Source: Octopus vulgaris (taxonomy: Eukaryota). From it: a stretch of 64,000 nucleotides of DNA. The DNA lies in assembly GCA_951406725.2 (NCBI GenBank), contig OX597822.1, positions 8,680,001-8,744,000 on the forward strand, in the 5' to 3' direction. The notes below the pieces were generated by a model. It saw only the letters and a program-made list of their open reading frames with translations. It did not search any database and was not told where the DNA came from. The position numbers were made by a program, and so were the translations under genes. Shown one piece after another: positions 13,251-26,550 of this stretch. Within the stretch, counting starts at the first letter, position 1. Each line of letters opens with the position of its first letter.

Positions 13251-16200
13251 CTTTTTTGTGTATATATACACGTAAGTATGCATGTTTAATAGAATGAGGT
13301 TACCCTGCATATATTTCTATGGAACTGTTAGTCACACCGAATACTAACACATCAGTTACCTTCACTAAAATAAACTTACGGAATATGCACAGATGATAAG
13401 TGTACTTTTAAAATATTAAAATGAAAAATCTGTAATTTTATAGTTTCATTTTATCATAAACAAATACATCAGGTTATCAATGCATTTCTAGTAGCCCTTG
13501 ATGCCATGTTGGCTTCATTAATATATATCCATAATTAGATATTTTCATGTGATGTTCTAATTAACTAAGCACGACTGCATAAACTGAGTGAAGTGCAAAA
13601 AGTTTATTTAAATCAAATACTGTAGTCAACATGAATTTTTTTTCTGCACTCACTTATACATCTGAAGAAATTACATTATATATGATTTTTCCGTATCTTA
13701 TTTTAAGTATTACTCTGTTAAACATGATCCAATGCTTTCTTAATATATTCTAATCAGCAAATAATACAATTTTGTTTGTGTAATTCATCCTGAAAATGTT
13801 TTCACTTATAGCTATAACTATATTATCTGTTTTTAATGTATATGATTGTGTATTTTAAAATGAAACAGCGTAAAATATAAGCGTGGAATGTAGGCGTATT
13901 TACTTCACTCTCTCCGAACGAAGAAAATGAAATGTAAACAGGAATTGTCGTTTCATAACTTAATTGGATATTCAGATGACTTACGTAGCATTAACACTTC
14001 AGAGAATCTTTATGATAAAATAACACGATGTGACATTTATAATCGATATAATCAAATTTTAAAACTCCAGTTGAAAAAATGTTAAACCGTTTGGAATTGA
14101 GTCGTAGAAAAACTGTTTTTCTTCATTCATCTGAAAATCCAAAGTGCTTTACTCGCTTTATATCGTTTCGATTATCGACTAGCAAAAGCAAGTGAAGCTC
14201 ATGCAATTTCAGAAAATTTAATGAAACTTTATGAGGGAATATATATTAAATGAAATAAATATTTCATATAATATATAATGGTTCAAATTTCTCAGGAAAT
14301 GGGTTCAATGAGAAATATTTAAAGTGCAAATGATTTCAACATACTCTTTGAATGCATGGATTCAAAAGCCTGTCTTATTATATCAAATGCAGGACATTGT
14401 TTTCCTTTTCTTAACTGGAAGTATGGGAAGACGTTATGCGGCTTTATGTAGAGCGCTGTTTTTCGTGTGAAACATTTTGACGTCGTTTTTCGAACTTGGT
14501 GTGGAAACTTAGCTATTTCTCACTGAATATCGTTCTAAGCTTTGTTACACTTAACAATCCATGTAGAATAGAAACAATTATATTATTTCTGACATATGCA
14601 ATTTAATCAAAGGTTAAATTAATATATTTGAAGGTAAAATTGTTTTGGGGTAACTAATAAAATAATTATAATGCCAGGTGTTTTGTTAGTTTACAATAAT
14701 CAACGATTTCTTTTTTTTCTATAAATCAGAAAATGTCATTTTTAATGTTGAGACATTTATCTATTTCTATCAATAATAGTATTTTCAAGTTGAAATTGAA
14801 AGTGCTTTGATATTCTCGTTATGCATAAGCAAGCTTTGTGGTAAGAAAGGCAAATACAATTAGATATTGCATAAGATTTTGGCATCAATTAAATTTCCAA
14901 GTCAGAGATGTTTGTTTACAATTACATTCAGAATGGAGTAACTAAGTACAGGTGGAATTCCTTCAAAAGTATTAAATTTATCTTTATGTAAAATTCTTTT
15001 TCAATATATACGAGGGAAAAAAAGAAATAGACCTGCGCTGGACACAAAAGATAATTTGCGGTTACAATGTCAGCCAAAATCGAAATATGACCATAAGTAT
15101 GTACGTAAATGATACTAAATTTTAATGTCTTACTATACAAAGGTAGATTTTTGGCGCTCAGTGTAAATAAAAATATATCTGAATTATATTAAATCAAGGT
15201 TATTTTAATGCATGTTTCAATAAGAAGTGTTTCGTATTTCAAGGTTATATTTCAAGGTTTCAAGCCGTAATTTGAAAGGCTTTAAGTGATCGCGAAGTAA
15301 AACCTACCTTATTGAATATATGTCTGCAAGGAAAGAGACCATGAACATTAGTTAATCTTCAGGCTGGTTCAAATGATTACAGTATCAATTTCAATAACAA
15401 TATACACGAGTCAGATTTGTTAACCAAGGCAAGCGATTAATTCTACTATTTAATTATTGGTGCAGGCACTGTGGTGAAGTTACAGGAGCGTCTGTTTATT
15501 TGATGTCACTCACAAATTTTGGTTGCTGACTAGATAAAGTAGTGGATACTTTCCATCTAATTGTACGAAAGTAATTAGCACAGGATGCAAAACACGTAAT
15601 TATATCATTGCATGACAAAACAGGATTATTTTAGATGTCTTAGTTGGATTTTACTTTGTACATATTAAAAGAAGAAAAGGATAAACCCTAAATACCTCAA
15701 AGAACGTCAGAGGTTTATTAACAACATTCTAATAATTGGGGCACCAAACAGAATAGAGAGGGCGCTGCAGAAAATATATTGCAATAATTGTTCCAGCTCG
15801 GGCTCCCACAAGCTTTTGGCCTTTTGGCAAAGTTAAATACCTTTATCAACCTTATAATTGTAGTTTGGTGGGTTGACAGAATATTTACAATGCTGCTCAA
15901 AATTCCAAATGTTATTTACCCAGGTTTACTAAGCTCTGGATACACGTATCACTGCGGCTAATTTTGTCTCGATCAGATGATCATAAAAATAAAGTACAAA
16001 CCAAGTACTGGGGTAGGTTCGGGCGTATCGGCTAATCCTTCGCTTCAGAAGTACTCTATTTTCAAATAGTTACTATGAAACAATTATCATGAGTATTTGA
16101 AGCTTCCTAAGTACACAAAACGTCATCATCTGAAAGAGAAAGATGTTCACACGACTTCAATAATCGTTGTGTATATGCCTGCATGTATCTGTACATAAAC

Positions 16201-16448
16201 ACACATATATACACACACGCATAGATGTATGCATGAATGTGTGTGTGTATGCCTAAATGACGAACGACGAGAATGAATGCTAAACACCACGTTGGTGGAT
16301 AGAGTTTATTTATTTGTGTACTAACGCTACCATTTGTTTCATGTTAAGAAACATATCTTAGTATCTTAAAAATATCTCATGTCGATCACATGATCACATG
16401 GACGAATTGTGCTCATCTCCATTTTGGATAAAAACACAGTCATATATT

Positions 16449-16451
<3 letters not shown>

Positions 16452-16538
<87 letters not shown>

Positions 16539-16559
16539 TATATATATATAGATATAGAT

Positions 16560-16594
<35 letters not shown>

Positions 16595-16690
16595 TAAATA
16601 TAAATATAGATATATGTATGTAGGTGTGTGTGTGTAAACGTGTTAGTGTGCGTGCGTGTGTGTGTTTTGTGTGTGTGTGTGTGTGTTTGT
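16452..16690. repeat. (TA)n/(GATA)n/(TG)n microsatellite
   Basis: Directly visible. Confidence 0.95.
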
Positions 16691-17882
16691 ATATAATTCT
16701 ATAACATTCATATTAGGGAAAAAATAATAATTAGGCTGAAATGAAATAACAACTCAAGATAAAAACTTTAGAAATTAAAATTGATTACCTTCATAGACAA
16801 AAGACCAAAGATTTTCAAAGTGGTGGGCATAGTTGATTAAACTGACGCCATTATATGATCTGAAATTAGTTTATTGACTGCGGTGATTAAAGTCGCTCCA
16901 ATGGAATTTGAATTTGGAATTCAAATCAACGAAAACAAAAGAAAATCTGAGACATGTTTAGACATGTGTATTGGTGTTCATGCCACTCTTTTTCTTGCAT
17001 CCTTTTGGTTTAATTATTATGAAGTAAAGCACATCATTATGCCGTTAATTATTGATCTTCAGCGAGAAATGGAGATAGAATAAAGATAAAGCAATGCAGT
17101 AAAATGTCGGATTGTAACTAAAGTGTTCATCTCTACGTCGAATTGTTGAAATTAACTTCTGTTGTAATGAACACTAATAATTAGATGGTTATCGGATTAA
17201 CTATGACATAAGATATTTGAGCAGATGAAGAATTTTAGAATGATAGCATTAGAACTGCTAAGTTGACAAGAAGGAGACGTCAGTGACTCATAGTGAACTT
17301 AATGCCGTTGACACGAGGTAAATGATTTACATGAATTCAAATTTCGTGATTAGGCTTAAAACAAAGTCATTAAAGTAGAAATTTATCATCTAAATCGCTT
17401 ACAATATTTGATACCCTTCATATCGAACATTAAGCTATGATATACCAATATTTATCTATATATTAATAAGGGGCTCTCCTATTGATTATTACACATGGAA
17501 GTTAAGTAGTTCGTCCTATTGGTCAAACAAGTTCCTCATTAAGCGGGTAAAAACTCTGACTGTCCAACAGACACATCATGCAGAATCAGAGCGATAGAAT
17601 GCAACTCTCAATCTTTGAATTGAAGCTACTGAACATCGGTTAGGCTAACGCGATTTATCTGTCTACAGAAATCTACTGAAGGGCACTGATATTTGGGGTA
17701 TGGAAATGAACTTGCCCAGGATAGCGCATCGGCAAAGTATATTAGAATTCTCATTGATGTAAACGGAAAATTTTTAACTATTAATCTATACCGTCGACCA
17801 TGTGCAGTTTAGTGATTATATACTTTCATGCACATGTAATTTATAACCCCACCACATATGTTTTAATGTATACGTATGGAAA

Positions 17883-18082
17883 GGTGGTGAGCTGGCAGAA
17901 TCGCTAGTACACCGGGAAAAATTCTATTTCGTCTGTCTAGAAGCTGTGGGTTGAAATTCCACCGTAGTTGACTTATCCTTCCGGGGGTCGATAAATTAAG
18001 TACCAGTTGAACAACTGGTGCCGACGTAATCGACTAGCATCCGCCAACAAACAAGCTGGCCTTGTGTGAAAATTTGAAACCA
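17883..18082 (+). mobile_element. SINE family C copy
   Basis: GGTGGTGAGCTGGCAGAATCGCTAG head, GTTGAAATTCC B-box-like motif, GGGGTCGATAAATTAAGTACCAG core, tail GCTGGCCTTGTGTGAAAATTTGAAACC. Confidence 0.85.
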
Positions 18083-18119
18083 GTACATACTTATGGGGGC
18101 GTAGGTGTCACTTTTTAAA

Positions 18120-18575
18120 TATTGTTATTATTGCTTTATGTTGTTGTCAGTCATTGTTGTACATCTCGGAGACTTAGATGTTGAACTGTCCGGGCATTTC
18201 AGGTAGTGAGTAGGCAACAAGTTAAAAATGGTCCCTTGCTGCTTTCTTTCCTTCTCTTTACATAGAATTCTTTAGAAATTTTGCTATACAAAGTGCTGTA
18301 TCTTGCATGACCTTTAACTTTGCATTAATTCCAATTATTTTCTTTTTTGCACAGTCATCGAAAATGTCCGATTTGCATCACAATGCTCCGGTCACTACTT
18401 CAATGATTAGAATCTTCCTCCACTTCCTTCAATAGCTCATACTTTCCAATTGTGCCCAGGTCGAATCTATTTTTTACGGGCTAGATAAGATAAATATTCC
18501 AGTCATGAACTACGGTCGATGATGCTGACTTCATAAAATCATTGGCTTTCCCCGAAAATTGTTGAACTTGTACAA
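18120..18575 (-). pseudogene. degraded 3' end of an R4/Dong-type (RLE) LINE
   Basis: Minus-strand pieces KWRKILIIEVVTGAL and LKVMQDTALCIAKFLK resemble the RLE C-terminus (PVVIGALG...Q.TALLGTA.IL). An AAT/AAC-rich tail follows. Confidence 0.55.
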
Positions 18576-19043
18576 AAACTTGAAACCAGCAACAGCAGCA
18601 TCATCAGTAGTAGTACTACTACTACTAGTACTAGTAGTAGTAGTAGTAGTAGTAGTAGCAGTAAGAGGAGGAGGATTAGGAGGGGAAGCAACAACAAAAG
18701 TAGTGGTATTTGTAACATATGTGTTCAGTTGTCATCGTCATTAATTTCTGTGTTATATTACAGACAATATCTTATTAAGCATATTAAAGCATACAGTTTA
18801 CGTACGAATAAAATCTTCAGACATAAACTAAACTACATAAATCATACATCGCATTCAATCTCTACAATATTTAATATTAGGTCAAATTGAATACTGACAT
18901 ACGATATTTTTTTTTAGAGTAATGAAAACAAAATCTGCTAAAAGTACTAATCGAAATGAAGAAGCAATTAAATGACATATTAATCTCAATAATATCCTCT
19001 ATGAACTCTGCAGACATTATTCTACTCATTGTAATTTGCTTAG

Positions 19044-19093
19044 CATTATCATCATCATCATCGTCATCTATTATTATTATCATTATTATTATT

Positions 19094-19179
<86 letters not shown>

Positions 19180-19232
19180 CACCATCATCATTATTGAGAA
19201 TACTGATAATGATGATTAGGACGACGAATACG

Positions 19233-19310
<78 letters not shown>

Positions 19311-19344
19311 GTTGATGATAATGATGATGATGATGATGATGATG
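19044..19344. repeat. (ATC)n(ATT)n - spacer - (AAT)n(GAT)n mirrored trinucleotide block
   Basis: Directly visible; the two halves are reverse complements in unit and order. Confidence 0.9.
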
Positions 19345-19411
19345 TTTAAAACAATATGATTAATTTCAATATATTCCAATAATGTATTGGAAGCAAAACT
19401 TGCTGAAAACG

Positions 19412-19495
<84 letters not shown>

Positions 19496-20165
19496 TATAA
19501 ATATATGTGTGTGTGTATATATATATATATATACACACACACACATATATATATATATGTACATGCATTTATATATTTATATATATATATATGTATATGT
19601 ATATCTATATATACATAGATATACATATATGTATATATACATATATATACATATGTATATATATATACATTTATATGAATATGTGTGTGCGTGACAGAGA
19701 GAGAGATAGATAGATAGATAGAGAGAGAGAGAGGAAAGAGGAGAGCATCTTTATGTATGTAGCAGTGCATACATACCAGCATGTAGTACATTCAAAATGA
19801 AAGTAAATCTTTGCTGCAAATATATTTAGAAATTTTAATTGCAAGGTTCGGAATTATTTATCCATTCTTAATTAAATTTGCATAACTAGAGACATTGTTT
19901 TCTTTGAGATTTTGTTTCCTTCGATTTTTCACAAAAGCTATTTGAAATTAAACACAATTAAGACGTAGGTTTAAGGTACTGGTGTGGGTTATACCATGAC
20001 AGATTTCCTTAGCTGTTACGATTACGAGATAATTAAGTCTTGAATCAACTAATAAATAAACTTCATTAAGTAACATACACAACAGTTATAAGCACCGATT
20101 ATGATGATTTCAATACATACACACTCACACGCACACATACAATCACACACACAGATATGTAAATG

Positions 20166-20210
<45 letters not shown>

Positions 20211-20211
20211 A

Positions 20212-20586
20212 GTTAATCCAAAGTTAATCCAAATATGAACAAAGAGATAACACAAAAACGCGAGCACGTGGAACATATATTTATTAATAACAATTTAATA
20301 AATAAAACATATGCATACATACATACATATATGTACATACCTACATCTATATGTATATATACATGCATATATGGGTACAGGACACCACAAAAAAAAAAGA
20401 ACGTAGAACACAACGAGAAATGAAAACATAAAAACAAAACATGGAAACGGACTTTTTTTAACAACGAAAAAACAGAGTACAAGACAACAACACAAGGAAC
20501 ATTCACCTTCTTCAACTGCTCCTGTTTCGACTTATTGCGTGTTTCGAAGGTAAGGGCAGGACACAACTACGTTGAAATGGTCCTTC

Positions 20587-20591
<5 letters not shown>
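20212..20591. mobile_element. short insertion flanked by (TA)n, probably a PLE terminal fragment
   Basis: Bounded on both sides by TA runs. Starts with a duplicated GTTAATCCAAA. The A-rich and TACA-rich body is similar in style to the 51.2-51.7 kb PLE 3' region. No ORF. Confidence 0.4.
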
Positions 20592-20631
<40 letters not shown>

Positions 20632-21468
20632 AACATAGATATATTTAAATATGTGTCTGGTTTTGTGTATGTGTGTGAGTGTATATGTGTACTTGTGTGT
20701 GCATGAATGTGTGTGTGTCTTCTGAGTGTTTGAGATGACGAATTATCATTAATAATCGCTAATACATTTGAATGCGTATAGTCATCTTAGACACATAATT
20801 GGAAACATTGGTTAGCTTCTCACTCAATAACTGCGAATTCCCTCATTTGTCATAAAAGTAAACAGTATTAAGTCGGCACCCGTAAGCGGTAGAACTGCAA
20901 CTCCGAATTCTCTCATATAAATGCTCTAATATACAAAGTGAAATGTTGATACGATCAGGTGATTTACTGCTAATTGTAGTAAATACCTGGTGGATATGCG
21001 TTCAGTAATTATGCTTGTCGAATAATATATACCATAGTCTAAGTGTGCGCCATCTCTAGAAAGGGAATATCAAACAATGTAGAAAACGGAAGGAAAATTA
21101 TATATTTCAGTTGACTTTAAAAAGCTCATCGTAAGAATTTTCGGGAACGTCTTTGAACATGCCAGGTATCTTCTGAAGGCCGAGGATTACAGCGGGTGAA
21201 TACGTGAAATCAACATTGAACATGAAGTATTAGCTTTAATATCTCTGCACACACACACATACACATATGTATACGTATATATATACATATATATAAGTGC
21301 GTGTGTGTGTGCGTGTACATATGTTCTTTTATTCTTTTATATGTTTCAGTCCAATGACTGCGGCCATGCTGGAGCACCGCAATTGTGATCATCTTTCCAA
21401 TCTCCACTTTTATCGGAGCGGTTTTTGGTGTGTGTGTGTATGTGTGTAGTGTACAAAAATTGAATATT

Positions 21469-21681
21469 TTTCTACTCTAGGCACAGGGCCCGAAATTTTG
21501 GAGGATGAGGCCAGTCGATTAGATCGACTTCAGTACGCAATTGGTACTTAATTTATCGACCCCGAAATGATGAAAGACAAAGTCGTCCTCGGTAGAATTT
21601 GAACTCAGAACGTAGCGGCAGACGAAATTCCGCTAAGCATTTCGCCAGGCTTGCTAACGTTTCTGCCACCTCGACACATTC
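21469..21681 (-). mobile_element. SINE family C, full length
   Basis: Minus-strand head GGTGGCAGAAACGTTAGCAAGCCTGGCGAAATGC...GTTCTGAGTTCAAATTC. TSD AAATTGAATATT at 21457-21468 and 21686-21697. Confidence 0.9.
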
Positions 21682-21739
21682 ACATAAATTGAATATTAAG
21701 AAAAAGGTCGTCAGAAGTTTGGAAAAATATTTTTATTTC

Positions 21740-21741
<2 letters not shown>

Positions 21742-21804
<63 letters not shown>

Positions 21805-22036
21805 TGCTTTCGTTCGTTTCTCGATAGATAGAATATTTTGTGAAATATAAACAGCTTGTTCATCTATATGAAACAGATGCTTTTATTTGGAGGTTCTTTA
21901 GAAGAGAACATTGTTTGGGCTTTTTCTCTTTTTTTTTTTTTTGGTGGGGTGAGCTTTCATGACAATGGGGATAGATAGATAGAAATATAGGTAGGTAGAT
22001 AGGTTGATAGGTTGATAGAAAGATAGATAGATAGAT

Positions 22037-22091
<55 letters not shown>

Positions 22092-22100
22092 CAGACAGGC
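21742..22100. repeat. (ATT)n and (GATA)n microsatellites
   Basis: (ATT)n at 21742-21803; GATA-type run at 21968-22100. Confidence 0.9.
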
Positions 22101-22738
22101 AGATAGCTAGAGAGCGGGAGAGAGAGAAGGGGGTCCCCGTTCCTATTCATCATTCATTTATTTATTTAGTCATCTACCATTGCAATGAAATAGGTTTAAG
22201 GATGGTGACCTCTTCAGAAAAAAAAAATAATAGTGCGGTGTAGTCATCACTGCAAGTCTTTTTGCTTTCTTTCTCTCTGCTGCACCTTTTCTTCCTTTCT
22301 TTCTTTTCCTTTTTCTTCCTTTTTTCTCTTCTGTCCTTCTTTTTTCCTCTCTTTCTTTTTCTCCTGTGAGTTTTATTTAGAATACAAAATGTAGTGTCTC
22401 CGGTTTTGTTTCATATGAAACCGCGGTTTGCGCCCTCACATAAAAATACAGAACTCCGCAGTTACAACAGACATATCTTGCAAAAAGAACTGACACACGC
22501 CAACGTCTAAATTTCTACTCTTGCCATCCATCACACATCAAAAGAAACATCCTATACAGCATGTCATGACGCATCGGTGCTATGGTGACTGACCCCAAAA
22601 TTCGTGAAATCCGACTCAACGAACTCAGTCTTCCTCACAATACAGAAATACCCCTTAGCATTAATTAACCAGGGAATTAAAAAGGCGATGAAACTGAACA
22701 TCACTCAACTACGGACACCTAAGGAAAAAGTTAATGAA

Positions 22739-22839
22739 AACACGATTCCGTTCGTTAACACACACAGTCCGTTCGTTAACACGATTCCGTTCGTTAACAC
22801 GATTCCGTTCGTTAACACGATTCCGTTCGTTAACACACA
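22739..22839 (+). repeat. 18-bp tandem repeat (AACACGATTCCGTTCGTT) x about 5
   Basis: Four perfect units plus one 21-bp variant; in frame it encodes NTIPFV repeats. Confidence 0.95.
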
Positions 22840-22970
22840 ACATCTTTCACACCATAAAATCGAACTAACTATACTCCTACAAAGCTAATTCACTGATGGA
22901 GAATCATAGCTGATTCACTGATGGAGCAAACAGCCAATGCGCAAATTGGTTAACTATTAACAAATGAGCT

Positions 22971-23211
22971 GTTTGTTCCTTCTCGAGCCATCCCTGGCTA
23001 ATAAGGGCCGGTTTTCTTGGTTTCCTTGGCTCCGGTCCGTCGCAGATGAGCTGCAAGATGCAGGAAGAAAGAGTGAGAGGAAGTTGTGGCAAAAGAATCA
23101 GCAGAAGGTCGTCATTACCTTCTACCGAAACATCGCCCGATCTGAGATTCGAATCCGCGATCCCTCGACCGCGAGTCCACTGCTCTAGCCACTAGGCCAT
23201 GTGCCTCCACA
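22971..23211 (-). mobile_element. SINE family A copy with internal deletions, nested in the PLE fragment
   Basis: Same head (GTGGAGGCACATGGCCTAGTGGCTAG) and tail (GGCTCGAGAAGGAACAAAC) as 2309-2607. Confidence 0.9.
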
Positions 23212-23441
23212 ACAAAAGAAGTGAAGTTAAACACTGCGTATGTTTATTATTGACAAACTGACCCTCCACAGATACAATAAAATCCGTTCGAAGACACTAG
23301 TACACAACAAGAAACCGTGTAACCGAACACAGTATTTGTATATGTATGTGTGTGTGTATAAAAGTGTATGTTATATATATATAAAGACATATTAATATTT
23401 ATATGTAAGCATATATGTATATATATTGAGATTTATCATTG

Positions 23442-23495
<54 letters not shown>

Positions 23496-23552
23496 ATCTA
23501 CCTATTTATTTGTTTCTGCCTCTCCTTTGTGTGTTTGCACATATATATGTAT

Positions 23553-23961
23553 ACTCTCTTTTCTCTTTTACTTGTTTCAGTCATTTGACTGCGGCCATGC
23601 TGGAGCACCGCCTTTAGTCGAGCAATTCGACCCCGGGACTTATTCTTTTGTAAGCCCAGTACTTATTCTATCGATCTCTTTTGCCGAACCGCTAGATAAT
23701 GGGGACATAAACACACCAGCATCGGTTGTCAGGCAATGCTGGAGGGACAAACATAGACACACAAACACACACACGCATATACATATATATATATATACGA
23801 CAGGTTTCTTTCAGTTTCCGTCTACCAAATTCATTCACAAGGCATTGGTCGGCCCGAGGCTATAGTAGAAAACACATGCCCAAGGTGCCACGCAGTGGAA
23901 CTGAACCCGGAACCATGTGGTTGGTAAGCAAGCTACTTACCACACAGCCACTCCTGCGCCT
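23553..23961 (-). mobile_element. SINE family B, full length
   Basis: Minus strand: GGCGCAGGAGTGGCTGTGTGGTAAG (A box), GGGTTCAGTTCC (B box), internal (TA)/(TG) microsatellite, then GCGGTGCTCCAGCATGGCCGCAGTCAAATGACTGAAACAAGTAAAAGAG tail. Confidence 0.93.
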
Positions 23962-24268
23962 ATATGTGTATATATGTGTGTCTGTATGTATGTATACGCG
24001 CGCGCGTTTGTGTGTATTGTAAGACTGTGGGGAAATGGAATTGAAGAGGCATCTACGTACTACTCATGTTGGAAAGAACGTAGTGAAAACATAATTTATT
24101 ATGTATTTGAGAGAAGGCTTTTGCATATGCATGTATATGTCTATTGATAGATGTATCTAGGTAAGTGGGTATGCGCGTATATTCTTTGCTATATGCGCGT
24201 GTGCGTGTGTGTGTGTGTGTGTGTATATCTCTGTGCTCGCGCGCGTGTTTATCTCTTCATAAATATAT

Positions 24269-24496
24269 ATTTCTTTACTACCCACTAGGGGATAAACACA
24301 GAGGGGGACAAACAAGGACAGACAAACCGATTAAGTCGATTAAATCGACCCCAGTGCATAACTGATACTTAATTTAATCGACCCGGAAAGGATGATAGGC
24401 TAAGTCGACCTCGGCGGAATTTGAACCCAGAACGTAACGGCAGACGAAATACGGCTACACATTTCGCCCGGCGTGCTAACGTTTCTGCCACCTCGC
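24269..24496 (-). mobile_element. SINE family C with an alternative tail
   Basis: Same head and core as 21469 but a different 3' tail. TSD CTCTTCATAA(A/G)TATAT at 24253-24268 and 24497-24512. Confidence 0.9.
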
Positions 24497-24949
24497 CTCT
24501 TCATAAGTATATTTTGTACTTGTGTGCTTGTCTGTCTTTATTTCATCTATTGAGATCTGATTGTGGGGTGATGTGCGTACCAGTGTCTCACAGACAACCG
24601 TATGTCTGATATTTTATATTTTTCACACAAGTATCCTTTTGTCACCTTTTCATATTTATTACCATATAACGATATAATTATTCATCTATGAACTCTCTAC
24701 AACCACACCCTAAGTACCATGTATATAGATAAGACAATAATCTTCTTAAACCGGAACCGTTCTTACCTCACTAGAGTTTCTTTCTTGAGAGAGCAATTGA
24801 TTGGTTGTTTCAACAATTTGTAATCTATTCGCTATTGCACTGTTGAAACGTACGAATTTCCTTGCTTTCTCTTCGCGAAATCATTACGACAATGGGTACT
24901 TTCTGCGACAAGTAAAGCAGTACCTGAGGAGAAAGAACACTGTACATTA

Positions 24950-26550
24950 GGGTGGAGCGAAAAATGTACTTTTATACAGATTTTCGAAATATGTTTTCAG
25001 TAATATACTCTTTTTTATTACGAAATTCTTTAAAAACAACTGTGTTAAAATCTGAAGTTCTTAAATGTACATCTTCAGGCTCTACAACCTACTTGAAATT
25101 TTGAATAAGTGAAAAATCAAATTCTAACACTGTTGCCATTCCTAAATATGATTTTTTACATTCATTATTACGCATCAATTTTCTTTTGAGAAATCTTTTG
25201 CGCACAAGAGTGCTAAACTCTCACGCTCTAAACTTTATATCTTCAAGCTTCGCAAAGCACTTGAAATTTCGAAATTACGTGAAATAAATAGACTTTTCGA
25301 CTTTGTTTTCTTTATAACTTTTAATTTAGATCGCAGAATATATATGTTACATGAGGTCTAAATTACACACATGTTAAAATAATTTAAGCTATTCGCCAGT
25401 ATTATAGTAGAAAGAAAATTCTTCTTTGACAAAAGTCATCCACCCCTTGTGTTACGATTGAGTGAGTTAAACCGAAAATCTTGAACTTTCCTTTGCTGAC
25501 GTAGAAGGGGGACTGTGATCTGGCCGATTCTTTCTAATCAACTTCTGAACATTCTACTTAGATACTGCTTGATCTATTCCCCAATGATCATTTTTCGATT
25601 TGACCGGTGATCCTGTAAAATTTTGTTCCTTCTGTGATACTTTTTGTCTCTACTACACCTGCTTTTAAATGAGTTGCACTTGCAAAGAAAATGTCAAAAC
25701 ATCTTTTGTTGCCATGTTTTGAAACACGTTACACTTTGTTTGAAACGATGGCACATTTTTTCTGCTTTTCACAGATTTTAGTTAAGCTTGATACTTTAGA
25801 CTGAAGTTCAAGATTTTCGGTTTAACTGACTCAATCGTAATACAAGGAATGCGGTGCCTTTTGCCAAAGAAGAATTACCTTTTCTGCTACAATCTTGACA
25901 ATTTGTTTAATTGAAGGATCTTTGTTAACTACATGCTTTTCTTTTTTCCATTCAAATAAAACACATTTTAGTTCGTCCTTGTAAGTTGGCAAAGCTCACT
26001 CGCTAAGATCACATGGAGTACCAAATGTTGGGCAATTAATATCATGACGCGTTACTGGCTTATGAGTTATCACTAAAATTAAACAACTCTAAATTTAACA
26101 CGATCATTAATTTTAATTCAATGGCCTAAAGTCAAGTTACGAACAAGAAAATTTCAGACACGTACGAATGCGGAACCTCAAGATATTAGTCAATTGTATT
26201 GAAACTAAGTATATCAACTTTAAAGGATACTATATTTATTCTTTTGTATTTGGCTATATAGAAATGTGTACTCGTTTTGATTTATATTCATAAAATCCTA
26301 AATTCGATCGAAAATAGCGCTTTTTTCAAATTTTCAATTGCGTTGCGGAACCTGAAAAAATATTTAACCGCAAAGTTCTTTATACACTTTTCTTTTAACT
26401 CCAATTCGCAACAAAATATTGATTCTTCGTTACCAGTTTCGAAATCCAAATTTATCGCTTCTACAACAGAACATCTATACAGTAGCTTTAGAGGCAATTC
26501 TTTTAAAACATATATTATAAATAACTACCTATTTAAATTCCTTCGACCAC
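24950..26550 (-). mobile_element. internally deleted DNA transposon, probably Sola2-like, with transposase N-terminal remnant
   Basis: Left end GGGTGGAGCGAAAAATG; degenerate right end TTCGACCAC. Subterminal inverted similarity (about 25015-25110 vs 26310-26420). Minus strand 26060-25540 gives CPTFGTPCDLSE*ALPTYKD...DPSIKQIVKIVAEKVILLWQKA...FDIF.CKC...QDHRSNRKMIIG. The family assignment is from memory of the motif only. Confidence 0.6.

Larger units (their letters stand above)
22440..23335 (+). pseudogene. Penelope-like element fragment (RT thumb region), interrupted by a SINE
   Basis: TDTRQRLNFYSCHPSHIKRNILYSMS*RIGAMVTDPKIREIRLNEL/FLTIQKYPLALINQGIKKA...IPFVNTHSP parallels KPTESKQYLPFNSCHPRHTRINIPFNLAKRI in the 44-46 kb PLE. 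Confidence 0.8.

Noticed and set aside
20500-20565. Possible permuted HHR (minus strand CCTTCGAAAC...TTGAAGAAGG)
   Set aside because: The core and stem II registers are incompatible and no stem I or III pairing is evident.
22160-22225. Minus-strand CTGAAGAGGTCAC...ATGAC resembling the 35/51-kb HHR family
   Set aside because: GAAA is replaced by TAAA and stems I and III are absent.
22739-22839. Possible CRISPR-like array
   Set aside because: Units are head-to-tail with no unique spacers, in a eukaryotic TE context with no cas genes.
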